Part shown: in pieces, positions 25,945 through 38,185 of the stretch | How positions within the stretch are numbered: the stretch's first letter is position 1 | Layout of the letters: each line of letters begins with the position of its first letter | From: Mobula hypostoma | Lineage: Eukaryota | Assembly (NCBI RefSeq): GCF_963921235.1 | Contig: NC_086108.1 | Span: 77,502,001-77,566,000 of the forward strand | Reading direction: 5' to 3' | Length of the DNA: 64,000 nt | Program-made: the position numbers and the translations under genes | Notes under the pieces: model-generated | What the model saw: only the letters and a program-made list of their open reading frames with translations | Databases searched by the model: none | Told to the model about the DNA's origin: nothing

Positions 25945-26305
25945 GACAAGAATGGTTAGGATGGTAAGACAGTTTCTTCCCTCAGGGAATTAGGCTTCTG
26001 AACACCCTGCCATATTAACCAATTTTCCCCGGGATCAATAAAGTATGACTATGACTATGACTACTATATCATATTCAAAGTGTCACTAGCTAATCTGTTC
26101 TGTACCTTACAATATTTAATTTATGCGCTTCAGTTCTTTTTAAATTTGTGTGTAATTCATCTGTAGATTTCACCCTTAATTTCATACGTTACTATGTGTT
26201 ATGTATACTACAATACTGTACACCATGGTTTGGAAAAACGTTGTCTCATTTGACGGTCTGCATATGTGTAGTTAAATGACAATAAACTTGACTTGTCTTG
26301 ACTTT
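25945..26305 (+). mobile_element. Rex1-like 3' end containing a ~45-bp tail of the young Rex1 family (26017-26062)
   Basis: CCCCGGGATCAATAAAG(TATGAC)3 matches 18182-18227. The outer tail ends AATGACAATAAACTTGACTTG. Confidence 0.7.
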
Positions 26306-26639
26306 TCAGTCATAATTTGTGACTATTTTCCTCTGTGGATACTTGGCTATGCACAATATGAAGGGTAGTTATGTTGATTTGAAATGGAATGACATGTTTA
26401 ACTGTGTATAATTTAAATGTACAAGTTCTTAATTTGTTGTGACAAATAAATTATGAATTTCATTTAGTTTAATGACATTCATCCAGCATGAAATACCAGA
26501 CTCAATGATTCAGAGCATGGCAACTTGAGGAAGTTAATTTAATGTTGAGAAGGAAGTTAATTTTAGCTTTGAGGAAAGATTTCAAATGCAGGGCTGTTTT
26601 CTTTGGAACTGAGGAGGTGAAGGGGAAATTTAACTTTTT

Positions 26640-26830
26640 AGCTCACTCGTGGGATTTAAATATCTCTGGTAAGCCAGCAGTTTTTGCTCATGCCAAATTG
26701 CCCTTGAACTGAGCAGCCATTTCAAGGAGTGATTAAGAATAAACCTTACTGCTGTGGGTCTGAAATCCTAGAGGCCAGGCTAGGCAAGGATCCTCAAAAG
26801 GCAGTACAGATGGGTTTTCTCACAATTTCT
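26640..26830 (-). repeat. Ancient SINE-like remnant (related plus-strand copy at ~32340-32560)
   Basis: ATTGCCCTTGAACTGAG...TGCTGTGGGTCTG here and TGGTTCACCAATGTCCTTCAGGGAAGGAAATCTGCC at 32472 resemble one old chondrichthyan repeat as I recall it. Confidence 0.45.
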
Positions 26831-28084
26831 GAATGGTCCATGAATCCATGAACACTATCTCACTATTTGCTCTCTTTTTGCACTATTTATATATTATGTA
26901 TTTATTATTGTAAGTTGTAATAATTTTCTATGTATTGCACAGTACTGCTGCCATAAAACAACAAATTTCACAGCATATGTCATTGATAATAAACTTAATT
27001 CTGATTCTGATTTTGACAATTCAACAATTTCATGAACTACATTACTGATGTCAACTCTGACCTCTGGAGCATTAGTCCAGATCTCTGGGTAATTGACACA
27101 GTGCTTTTGCATCAAACTTGAGGTAAGTAAAATTATGAGAGATGATCATGGTTATCACATTTGATTCAGCAGTTAAATGGATAACTACATGCTTAACATT
27201 CTGTTGGGAATTAAAGGGAAGTTATAGAAAACTGTTATCCCCTCTGAAAAACACTGCCTGAAAAAGAAAAGGAGGGATAAATCCTCACTAGTGTACATTC
27301 ACCTTTCTTTTACGCCTTTGATCCAGTTATTTTAAAATTCTACTTGTCTCTTGTATGTTTTTTCCCATCAGCTATTAAAATTGTGAAAATTTGATTGAAA
27401 GCAGATGAGTTTGCATTACTACTTGAATTTAAGCAGATGAGTTTGCATTACTATTTTTATTTACTTGAGACTGATGAAGTTCAGCAAGAATGGAAAATGT
27501 TTCATGTACAAGAGAGCTGAGGTAAATCATATAGCTGTTTCTACTCCAGTGCGACATGGAAGACTTTGACTATTTTCAGGTTAGAGTCTGTCCTACACTT
27601 GAACTACAAGGGAATCTAGGGCTTATGGGGGGAAATTGGTATTGAAGCCAAGGTTAGCTCAATAAGATCTCATTCAATGCTGGGGCAGGCTCAAGGGGCA
27701 AATAGCCTATTCCTGTTCTGGTTTCTTACATTCCAAAGCAATATGCTGTGACAATAATCTCTTCTAAGTTCCCCATTAAGTGTGTCCCAGTAAAATTATT
27801 TCAAAATTGTTATTCTTTTCATTCATAAAGCACGCAATAGGGTACTTCCCCATTGCAATACTGATCTAATCCATAGTGAAGATTCAGTATAATTGCTCCA
27901 TACACAATACCATTTTCCTTTTCAGTTATTATCTCCTGAAATTGAACAGTAGCAGAGAAGCATATGAAGGTAACAGATTAATGACATATTGCTGTCAATC
28001 TCTGCATCTCATATGTCTAGACCATCTCCAAACAAATTTGAACATTTCATTCCGTTATTAGAAAATGCTAATAATGTTCACTCT

Positions 28085-30878
28085 ATAACATGAGATGGTA
28101 AAGATAAAGTCAGATATATCAGTACTGCAGTGGAGTAAAGGGAATTACAGAGACATGAGAGAGGAGTTGGCTAGAATTGATTAGAAAAGAAAACTGGGCT
28201 GGGTCAAACAATGTTTTTGCCAAAACCTAATGAAATTGAAATTTTAATTCAAAAAGGGAAAATTAAAAAATTTATTTCTTGTATGTATAATTTGATTCAA
28301 GAACAGACAATTAAACAAGGAACCCATAAGTCAAAGCAAAAATGGGAAACAGATCTGAATATTATTATTGATGAAACAAATTGGTCAAGACTTTGTCTTG
28401 ACAGTATGACAAATACAATAAATGTTCGACTGAGATTAGTACAATATAATTTTTTACATCAATTATATATTACACCGCAAAAAATAAATAGATTAAATTC
28501 AAATTTTTCTGATAAATGTTTTCGGTGTAATCAAGAAATTGGTACTTTTTTACATTCTACTTGGTCTTGTTTTAAAATTCAACCCTTTTGGATAAATTTA
28601 AGAATCTTATTGGAACAAATTAATGCAATTCAACTTCCACATAACCCTGTATTATTTTTATTAGGTGATATTGAAGGGATAAAACCGAAACTTAAATTGA
28701 ATAAATATCAGAAAGAATTTATAAAAATTGCATTGGCAGTAGCTAAGAAGACTTACAGCAGTTACTTGGAAATCTGATTCGTATTTAAGTATGGATCGTT
28801 GGAATAATGAAATAGCTAGTTCTATTCCACTTGAAAAAATTACTTATAATTTAAGAGATAAATATGTAACATTTTTGAATATTTGGCGCCCTTATTTACA
28901 AAAGATAGGATGGCATATTTAAGTGCTCCGATAAAGACTTTGGTCACTTGGGGAAAGTAATGAATAATTATACCAAATTCATTTTGAATCCCATGGAGCA
29001 AGTGGAAACCTTCCAATACCCAGGCGGTTCTTTTCTTTTTTTTTCTTTTTAGGTAGGACTATATATGGGGGGGGAGGGTTAAGGGGAGGGGGTAGGGTAG
29101 ATTCTTTTTTTCATGTATTCTTTTTGAAAATTCAATAAAAATTATATTAAAAAAAAGAAAAGAAAACTGGCAGGGATGACAGCAGAGCAGCAAAGGCTGG
29201 AATTTCTGGAAGTAATTCAGAAGGCACAGGATATATACATCCCAAAGAGGAGAAGTATTCTAAAGGAAAGATGACACAACCATGGCTAACAAGAGAAGTC
29301 AGAGCCAAAAGCCAAAGAGAGGGCATATAACAAACCAAAGATTAGTGGGAAGTTAGAGGATTGGGAAGCTTTTAAAAACCAACAGAAGGCAACTAAAAAA
29401 GTCATTAAAAAGGTAGAGATGGAATACAAAAGAAAGCTAGCCAATAATAGTAATGAGGATACCAAAAGTTTCTTCAGATACATAAAGTGTAAAAGAGAGG
29501 TGAGAGTGGATATTGGACCAATGGAAAATGATGCTGGAGAAGTAGTAATAGGGGACAAGGAATCGGTGAATTAATTGAGTAAATATTTTGCATCAGTCTT
29601 TGCTGTGGAAGACACTAGCTGTATGATTCAAGTTACCATTACTAGAGAGAAGGTTCTTGGGAAACTGAAAGATCTGAAGGTAGATAAGTCACCTGGATGA
29701 GATGGTATACACCACCCCAGGTTCTAAAAGAGGTGGCTGAAGAGATTGTGGAGACATTAGTAATGATCATTCAAGAATCATTAGATTCTAGAATGGTTCT
29801 GTAAGACTGGAAAATTGCAAACGTTACTCCACTCTTCAAGAAAGGACAGAGGCAGAAGAAAGGAAACTATAGGCCAGTTAGTCTGATCTCAGTGGTTTGG
29901 AAGAGGTTGGAGTCAACTATTAAGGATGAGGTTTCAGGGTACTTGGAGACACAGGATAAAACAGGCTGTAGTCAGCATGGTTGATAGCTTTGTTGCAAAG
30001 TTTACAGATGATATGAAGATAGAGGAGGGGCAGGTAGTAAAGAGGCTACAGAAGGACTTAGACAGATTAGGAGAATGGACAAAGAAATGGACAAAGTGTT
30101 GGGACGTGTATGGTCATGCACTTTGGTAGGAGAATGGAGAGAGGATACAAAAACTGAGGTACAAATGGACGGGAGTCCTTGTGCAGGATTGCCTAAAGGT
30201 TAATTTGCAGGTTGAATGTCTGGTGAGGAAGGCAAATGTGATGTTAGCATTTATTTCAGGAAGACTAGAACATAAAAGCAAGGATGTAATGTTGAGACTT
30301 TATAAAGCACTGGTGAGGCCTCACTTGGAGTATTGTGAGCAGGTTTGGACCCCCCTTATCTTAGAACGGATGTGCTGAAACTGGAGAGGGTTCAAAGGGT
30401 CACAAAAATGATTCCAGGATTGAATGGCTTGTCATATGAAGAAAGTCTGATGGTTCTGGGTCTGTATTTTCTAGAATTCAGAAGAATGTGGGTGACCTCA
30501 TTGAAACCTATCGGATGGTGAAAGGCCTTGATAGAGTGCATATGGAGAGGATGTTTCCTACGCTGGAAGAGTCTAAGACCAGAGGACACAGCCTCAGAAT
30601 AGAGGGGTGCCCTTTTAGAATGGAGCTGAGGAGAAATTTCTTTAGCCAGAAGGGGGTGAATCTGTGGAATTCTTGTCCACAGGCAGCTCTGGAGGCCAAG
30701 TCTTTATGTATATTTAAGGCAGAGCTGATAGATTCCTGATTAGTCAGGGCATGAAGGGATATGGGGAGAAGGCAGGAGACTGGGGTTCAGAGAAAAATTG
30801 GATCAGCCATGATGAAATGGCGGAGCAGACTCGATGGGCCAAGTTGCCTAATTCTGCTCCTATATCTCATGGTCTTAT
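28085..30878 (+). mobile_element. Degraded CR1 ORF2 and 3' end, split by L1
   Basis: KFTDD, LYKALVRPHLEYC and TRGHSLRI fragments, and the GATGGGCC...CCTAATTCTGCTCC 3' end. Confidence 0.88.
28198..29155 (+). mobile_element. 5'-truncated L1-clade LINE with 15-bp TSD
   Basis: ORF 28211-28777 has the L1 C-terminal CCHC motif CFRCNQEIGTFLHSTWSC. G-rich UTR, AATAAA and poly(A). AGAAAAGAAAACTGG occurs at 28183-28197 and 29156-29170. Confidence 0.92.
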
Positions 30879-31512
30879 AACATTCAAATTTATACCATTT
30901 ATTACATAGAACTGAATCTCAGCTTACCAACTAATGTAATTTATTTCAAGGTTAACTATTGTCCACTTCAGCAGACATCCACATTACACCATCCCTTATT
31001 TTAGATTGAAGCTCAGAAACTTTACACACGCCTTGTCCCCAGGTTATCTGTAATGAGCACCCATATACCATTCTGCATCTTTGTGCATTCCCTATACTCT
31101 ACAATTAAAGTCATAATTCTCCCCACCCTGTGTCAATTAGGGTTAAGTATGCTTTATCAAACTTAACATGACTATGTTACATATGCATGAGTTTATTGCT
31201 GTCAACCACTGTGAAATTCCATTAAGAATGCACTTTGTGTTACTTCGTTGGGAGAAGAAGTTTTTTTCAGTGAGCTCTCTGAGCATTGCTACTTAATGGT
31301 TGGGACTGTAAAACCATTACATTGATATTATTTCCTTTTAGTTGGTCAATAGTTACTGTAAGAGCAAGAAGGAGGATTAACTTTTCTTTATGAAGGTCTT
31401 TTCTTCCCACTGAAACAGCAGACTGCAAACTGGTGATCAGTTGGTTAAGAGTGTATCATTTTAAAAGGAATTAATATAAAGGTATGGTGCATTAATATGT
31501 TAATATGTACAT

Positions 31513-32203
31513 TAGATTATTAGATTAGTTTATGAGGACACTCAGTCCTCATTTATTGTCATTTAGAAATGCATGCATTAAAAAATAATACAACGTTCCT
31601 ACAGAATGATATCACAAAAAAACACAGGACAAAGCAAGAATAAAATTTACAAAACCACATAATTATAACATATAGTTACAACAGTGCAAAGCAGTACCAT
31701 AATTTGATAAAGAGCAGACCATGGGCACAGTAAAAAAAAGTCACAAAGTCCCAATAGCCTCATCATCTCACACAGGCAGTAGAAGGGAGAAACTCTCCCT
31801 GCCATGAACCTCCAAGCACTGCAAACTTGCCAATGCAGCACCATTGGAAGTATCCGACCGCAGCGGACTCTGAGTCTGTCCGAAAACTTCGAGCCTCCGA
31901 CCAGCCCCTCTGACAGAACCTCTTCGAGCACCATCCTCTGCCGAGCGCTTTGACCCTGCCCCAGTCGCCAAGCAACAAGCAAAGCCGAGGACTCAAGGCC
32001 TTCCCCTCTGGAGACTCTGGACCAAACAGTAGCAGCAGCAGCGAAGCAGGCATTTCAGAAATTTCACCAGATGTTCCTCCGTGCTCTCATATTCGTCTCC
32101 ATCAAATCAGGATTGTGCACGGCACCCTACTTGACAAATAACAGACATCACCATCGGAATGGCCGCGGCGAGCTGCGTCGCGCTGCCATCTTCTCCTCCC
32201 GCC
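31513..32203 (-). mobile_element. ~650-bp non-autonomous retroposon, copy 3
   Basis: Homologous to copies 1 and 2. Flanked by TTAATATGTACAT at 31500-31512 and 32222-32234. Confidence 0.85.
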
Positions 32204-32599
32204 TTATGTACATATTATATATTAATATGTACATAAATTCCAGTTTTGACTTTAATTAATACTGCCAGCTCTCCGGAGGAAAAGTCTAGAATAAACAGTG
32301 CTTAACTATTGGTTTGAAACTCAAAATGCTGAACAATCTAGACTGTCAAATTCAAATCAATCATGGCAAATGTGTAACTTAAATCTGGATTAATGATCTG
32401 GGATTTGGGAGAATAAGCCAGTTTTACTAATAATCATCACAAGGACTACTGGATTTTTGAAATTTTTCATTTGGTTCACCAATGTCCTTCAGGGAAGGAA
32501 ATCTGCCATCATGTGAATCCATAGCGACTTCGTGTGATTGACCCTTGCATGCCCTCTGGTGAAGCTATTCCCGTCAGGCTATTGCCATCCGATTTCTTT

Positions 32600-32845
32600 C
32601 TCAGAATCAGAATCAGGTTTATTATCATTGACATTTGTCATTCAATTTGCTTTGCAGTCCAATATATAAAAAATACTATAACTTATAATAAGAAAATATA
32701 ATAAATAAATAAATACTGCAATAAAAGAGCAAAATAATGAGGGTATTCGTAGAGTAACAGACTGTTCAGAAATCTGATGGGGGAGGGAAAGAAGCTGCTT
32801 CTAAAATGCTGAGTGTGCATCTTCAGTCTCCAATCTTCAAACTGC
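32600..32845 (-). mobile_element. Rex1-like 3' end
   Basis: (AGAATC)n GGTTTATT tail. Minus strand reads FRSSFFPSPIRFLN. Confidence 0.65.
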
Positions 32846-32859
32846 TGGAAAATTATGCT

Positions 32860-34346
32860 GGAGAGCAGCAATGAGGGACAATGAAATGGCAGACAGACTA
32901 CTTTTCATCAGTCTTCACTGTGGAAGACACCAGCAGTATGCCAGAAATTTAAGAATGTCAGGGGGAAGATGTGAGTGTAGTTGCTATTACTATGGAAGAG
33001 GTGCTTGGGAAGCTGAAAGATCTGAAGTTTTGAGATTAGAAACATAGAAAACATAGAAACATAGAAAACATACAGCACAATACAGGCCCTTCGGCCCACA
33101 AAGCTGTGCCGAGCATCCCTATCTTTGAACTACCTAGGCTTCACCCATAGCCCTCTATTTTTCTAAGCTCCATGTAGCCATCCAGGAGTCTCTTAAAAGA
33201 CCCTGTCGTTTCTGTCTCCACCACCGTCGCCAGCAGCCCATTCCACACACTCACCACTCTCTTACCTCTGTACCTACTTCCAAGCACCTTAAAACTATGC
33301 CCTCTCATGCTAGTCATTTCAGCCCTGGGGAAAAGCCTCTGGCTATCCACATGATCAATGCCTCTCATTATCTTGTACACCTCTATCAAGTCACCTCTCA
33401 TCCTCCGTCACTCCAAGGAGAAAAGGCCAAGTTCATTCAACCTATTCTGAAGGCATTAGTAGTGACCTTTCAAAAATCTCCAGACTCTGGAGTGGCTACA
33501 GAGGACTGGAAAATCGCAAATGTTACTCCACTTTTTCAGATCAGAAGGAGGTAAAAGACATGAAATTATAGACCAGTTAGCCTGACTTCAGCAGTTGGGA
33601 AGATGTTGGAGTCAATTATTAAGGATAAGACTTCCAGGTACTTGGAGGCACATGAAAAATAAGCCAAACTCAGCACGGTTTCCTTAAGGAGAAATCTTGC
33701 CTGACAAATCTGTTGAAATTCTTGGACTAAATATGAGGCAGGATAGACAAAGTAGAGTCAGTGGATGTTGTTTACTTGGATATTAAGAAGAACTTTGACA
33801 AGCTACCACTCATGAAGCTGCTAAAAGAAAAGTTAGAGCCCATGGTATTACAGAGGAGATACTAGTATGGATAGATAATTAACAGACTGACAGGAGGCAA
33901 ACAGTTGGAATAAAGGGGGCCTTTTCTAGTTAGCTGCCAGTGACCAGAGGTGTTCTGCAGGGGTTGGTGTTGGGACCACTTCTTTTTGCATTATATGTCA
34001 ATAATTTGGATGACAAGAACTGATGGCATTGTGGCCAGGTTTGTGGACAATACAAAAATAGTGGAAGGGCAGGTAGCGTTGAGGAAGCAGGGAGCCTGCA
34101 GAAGGACTTAGACAGATTAGGAGAATGGGCAAAGAAGTGGCCGATGGAATATGGTGTAGGGAAGTGTACATTCATGGATTTTTTAGAAGGAATAAAAGCA
34201 TGGACTATTTTCTAAACGGGGAGAAAATTCAGAAATCAGAGATGCATAAGAGTTTGGGACTCTGTGCAGGATTTCCTAAAGGTTACCTTGAAGAATGAGT
34301 AAGGAGGTCAATTTCAATATTAGAATTTTTTTTGGAAGGACTAGAA
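32860..34346 (+). mobile_element. Degraded CR1 ORF2 fragment
   Basis: EDWKIANVTPLF and similar blocks. Collinear with 29560-30270. Confidence 0.8.
33037..33445 (-). mobile_element. CR1 3' end nested in CR1
   Basis: (AGAAACAT)n tail and the MRGDLIEVYKIMRGID...GYG ORF. Confidence 0.85.
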
Positions 34347-35372
34347 CAGTGTTTCCCCAGCTTTTTTTTTTAGCCCATCACCCCCTTAAAACATTTTCAT
34401 GCTTGTGAATGCCCCCCTAAAGCACCTTCATACTTTCCAACACCACTCTTAAGCACAAAATAATTTCCAGTGCCCCCCGCATAGTGTGAAAAAACAGTTC
34501 TACCATATGCTAACATGAGAAAAATGATACTGCTTTAAATTTTTATTTGTCTTTAAATTTAGCTTACACAGTACCTGAGCACTGTACAGCAGCTTTGATA
34601 TCAATGTGGTCTTTGAGCTTGATGGTTTTTACCAAGAGGTAAAATATCTGGTTCATATTGTGACAGCAAAAGCTTTAAGTCCCCATGTGTAACAGTGTCC
34701 AAGCAGTTTCGGTTTTTTGAGTATGTGTTTCACTGCACTGAAGCCTTTTTCAACAAGGGAGGAGGATGAAAATACAATGAAGAGCAGTATGGCTTTTCTC
34801 CAAAGGCTAGAAACTTCGAATGACAGTGTAGCCACATACCACAAAAGCCGACAATTTTGAAAAGCATTTTATCTTCTTCATCATTCTGAATATTGATAAT
34901 TTCTTCTTTCTTCTTGCAAGCTCTCTTCCAGTTCTCCCACCTTGCAAAGAAATAGGTTAATTACCCAGGCTGGAATTTCCAGACCATTCAAATCCTTGAA
35001 TTGATTCTGAAAATCCTTCTTCAGTGACTGCAGGTGTGAGCAGTACTCTTACAAATCACCATCTGTGAAAGAGAGTGCTATACTTTCCATGTAAGGAAAC
35101 AGTAAGAACATTCTTCTCCCAATGTTTTGGTTATATATTGCCAATTTTCTGATAAAAGTGGACAATCCACAATTGAAATTCTCATCCTGCAGTTTCATAT
35201 TTAGAACGTTCATTTTGTCATACAGATAGGCTAGGTATGCCGCATCTCCACATAGAAGTTCAGCCTTGTTTCCCAAGCTCTTTTCAACTTTAAGCAAAAA
35301 TTCAACCATGGTGTCAAAAAGATCAAAGAACTGTTTTAAGCAGCATGTCCCTCCATGGTACATCTGAAGAAA
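34347..35372 (-). mobile_element. hAT (Charlie-type) DNA transposon, 3' half
   Basis: Terminus CAGTGTTTCCCCA follows GACTAGAA (CTAG-centred 8-mer target). Transposase fragments AYLAYLYDKMNVLNMKLQ and FSSSSLVEKGFSAV (hAT dimerisation domain). The other end was not found. Confidence 0.8.
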
Positions 35373-35377
35373 TCTCC

Positions 35378-36120
35378 TCTAATTCCTAATGAAATACAGC
35401 CATTGGTGTGCCTTCTTTGTAATTGCACCAATATGTTGGGCCCAGGATAGATCTTCAAAGATGTTGGTACACAGGAACTTGAAGCTGCTCATTCTTTCCA
35501 CTGCTAATCCATCAATGAGAACTGCTGTGTGTTCTCCCAAATTCCCCTCCCAAAATTCCGCTATCGATTCCTTGGTCTTACTGACGCTGAGTTGTTGTTG
35601 TGACATCACTAAACTAACCTAATTATCCCACTCCTGTATGTTACCTCATCACCATCGTGATGCCAACAACAGTCGTGTCATCTGCGATTTTATATATTGT
35701 TTTTGAGCACTGACTAGCCACACTATCATGAGAGTAGAGAAAGCAAGGCAGTAGACTATGCACACATCCTTGACATGTGCTTGTATTGATTGTCAGAGAG
35801 GCGGAGGTATTATTTCCAATCCTCACGGACTGTGGTCTCTGAATGAAGAAGTTGAGTATACAGTTGCAGAAGGAGGTTTTGAAGTTTGTTGATTCATACA
35901 GAGAGGATGCTGGTGTTGAATACTGAACTGTAATCGATAACCAGTAGCCTGACATAGAAATTGGCATTGTCCAGATGATCCATGGCCAAGTGAAAAGCCA
36001 GTAAATTTACATCCATTGTAGACCCATGGTGCCAGTAGGCAAATTGCAATGGGCCCAGGTTCTCTGTCAGGCAGGAGTTAATTCTTGCAATAACAAACCT
36101 CTTAAAGCGCCTCATCACAG
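35378..36120 (-). mobile_element. Degraded Rex1-like RT fragment
   Basis: PLQFAY, DYSSVFN, KIADDTTVVG and FKFLCTNIFEDLSW. Confidence 0.8.
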
Positions 36121-36928
36121 TTCTTTCTCTGTTGTTTATTCTTCCTCTCTTTTTACATGACGGTGATGATACGACTTGGTGGCTCATGGGTTGATCGATT
36201 TAAAATAGCCTTCAGGGATATTTCCTGTCAAGTACAACAGCTCAGGATTCCTTGGTATATGAAATAATCTTTAAATCTTATCTCCAATCAATTCATATTT
36301 AACATTTCTTCCTGTGTTTTTTCATATTTTGTCTCAACGTGCCTTTCGTTAAATTTCACTTTTTTCAACATCATTTTATCCAGGAATTTCCTTGAAGCTG
36401 CCATGTTAATAAGGATTTCTCACACGTCTATGAATACCAAGATGATCAAGTGGATAGGCTCCAAGGAAATATCTTACAGATTAAAATGGGATGGACCAAT
36501 CGTCGGATGGAATATCTTCACCTGAAGGACTGAAACAATTCAAGAAGGTAGTTCACCACCATCTTCTCAAAAGTAATTAGAAATGGGCATTAGATGCTTG
36601 CCATGACAAATTTTTAAAAAAGGGGAAGAGGTTAGATCCATTGTGGACATCTCATTTCTCCTTCCATTCCCCTGCATTTGTCTTTTATACTTCTTCCTAC
36701 ACCAGCTGCTCATACCTGGCTCCCTTTCTGCTTCATTCACTCTGATCAATCCCCAAATACTCCAGTGTCTTTACCACCCTATTGCAACTGTTTTTCTCTC
36801 CATTCCAAGCCATTATTATTTCCATTTAGCTAAATGAAAAAGGAAAGAAAACTTGTTTTCAAAATTATTACATTTTTATTTTAATATTTATCTATGTACA
36901 GAGAGAACACTACTAAATTTGGGGTAAA

Positions 36929-37081
36929 CAACAGGAATTCTGCAGATGCTGGAAATTCAAGCAACACACATTAAAGTTGCTGGTGAACGCAGCAGGCCAG
37001 GCAGCATCTCTAGGAAGAGGTGCAGTCGACGTTTCAGGCGAAGGGTCTTGGCCTGAAACGTCAACTGTACCTCTTCCTAGA
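36929..37081. mobile_element. Short fold-back PLE insertion with 15-bp TSD
   Basis: TAAATTTGGGGTAAA occurs at 36914-36928 and 37082-37096. The strand switch is at ~37039. Confidence 0.88.
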
Positions 37082-37599
37082 TAAATTTGGGGTAAAAGTA
37101 TATAAAGAAGCTAAAAAGGAATGTCGATAAGTTAAGTGGATGGGCAAAAATAGGGCAAGTAGAGTACAATGCAAAAAAATACAAAATTGTCAATTGAAGC
37201 TAGAGGCATGAATGGAAGCACATGAGACATTGTGGAACCCTGAAATGCAGAGATCTGATTGTCTTGGGTCATATTTCACAAGAGGCTATTCTAGGTACAG
37301 TGGGTAATAAGGAAAGCTAAGCAAAATATCATTCTCTATTGCTCGGGGAAGTCATTACAAAATTTGGAGATAATGCTTCATTTATGTAGGAAAAGAGAAA
37401 CCACATCAAGCATTTTGCACACAGGGTCACCTTACTCATGGAAGATGGTGGATGCATTGGAAGCATAGAATAATATCTCTGCACCATTGACATTAACTCT
37501 CTCCTTCATTCAAGCCTTTCGTAGACTCAAATCTCAGGACTAAGACTACACTTGTCTACAAAGCCAAGGAAGAGGGGTAGATTAATCTGCTAGAAATGT

Positions 37600-37656
37600 G
37601 CTGATGAACTCCGCCATAGATAGTCCCAAGCCCAGCAGCAAAAAGAGGAGGGTTGG
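37600..37656 (+). ncRNA. Decayed twister ribozyme motif in an RTE-derived repeat (~37590-37815)
   Basis: AACTCCGCC...GTCCCAAGCCC...AAAAAGAGGAGGGTTGG has the twister conserved blocks in order, but the helices are mismatched. The repeat ends in an (AAG)n tail. Confidence 0.6.
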
Positions 37657-37819
37657 ACATGGGCTAACAACCAGATCCTGAAAAGACCCAGAGCTGCAGG
37701 ATTACCCACAGAAGCTACAAAGACTTCATCCTGTGAGAGGAAGGATACACTGAGAAGATCCATCACCAGCAGCCTATGCCCCAGTAGGGGTGATAGACTT
37801 AAGAGGAAGAAGAAGACTA

Positions 37820-38185
37820 GAGTTGCCAGTCAGCATTGAACTCAACATAGGACTACCTTAGGGAATCCAGCTCCATATTCTTCCTTCGGGATTACTCCTG
37901 AAGAGTCCCCATGAGTTTGTATAGCCGCGAGGTAGTGGAGTTCTCCTTCTCCGAGATGAGCTGAGCTGCCAACCATGGCTGACGAGCCCAGCTGCCTGGA
38001 TTGACTGATTTAAGGCACCAATAACCCGTCTTTGCCCTTTCTCCTGTCAGTAGAAAAGGTTGCACTCCTGAAGTCCAACAGCTGGACTTTGTTGTCAGAA
38101 GCTATTTGAGACGCATGCCACTGGGAATGGGAGCTTATCCCTACTAGTCCCTCCATTCACTCCTCACCCCCACCGGCTATGAAAT
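37820..38185 (-). mobile_element. RTE-like 5' UTR-derived repeat
   Basis: Reverse-complement homologue of 48255-48565 (ATAAGCTCCCA, CTCAAATAGC, CCATGGTTGGCAGCTCA, GGAGAAGG). Confidence 0.6.

Noticed and set aside
36290..36404. Short minus ORF MAASRKFLDK...ERHVETKY as a hAT transposase N-terminus
   Set aside because: Only a few residues resemble it, it stops early, and no matching terminus or TSD was found.
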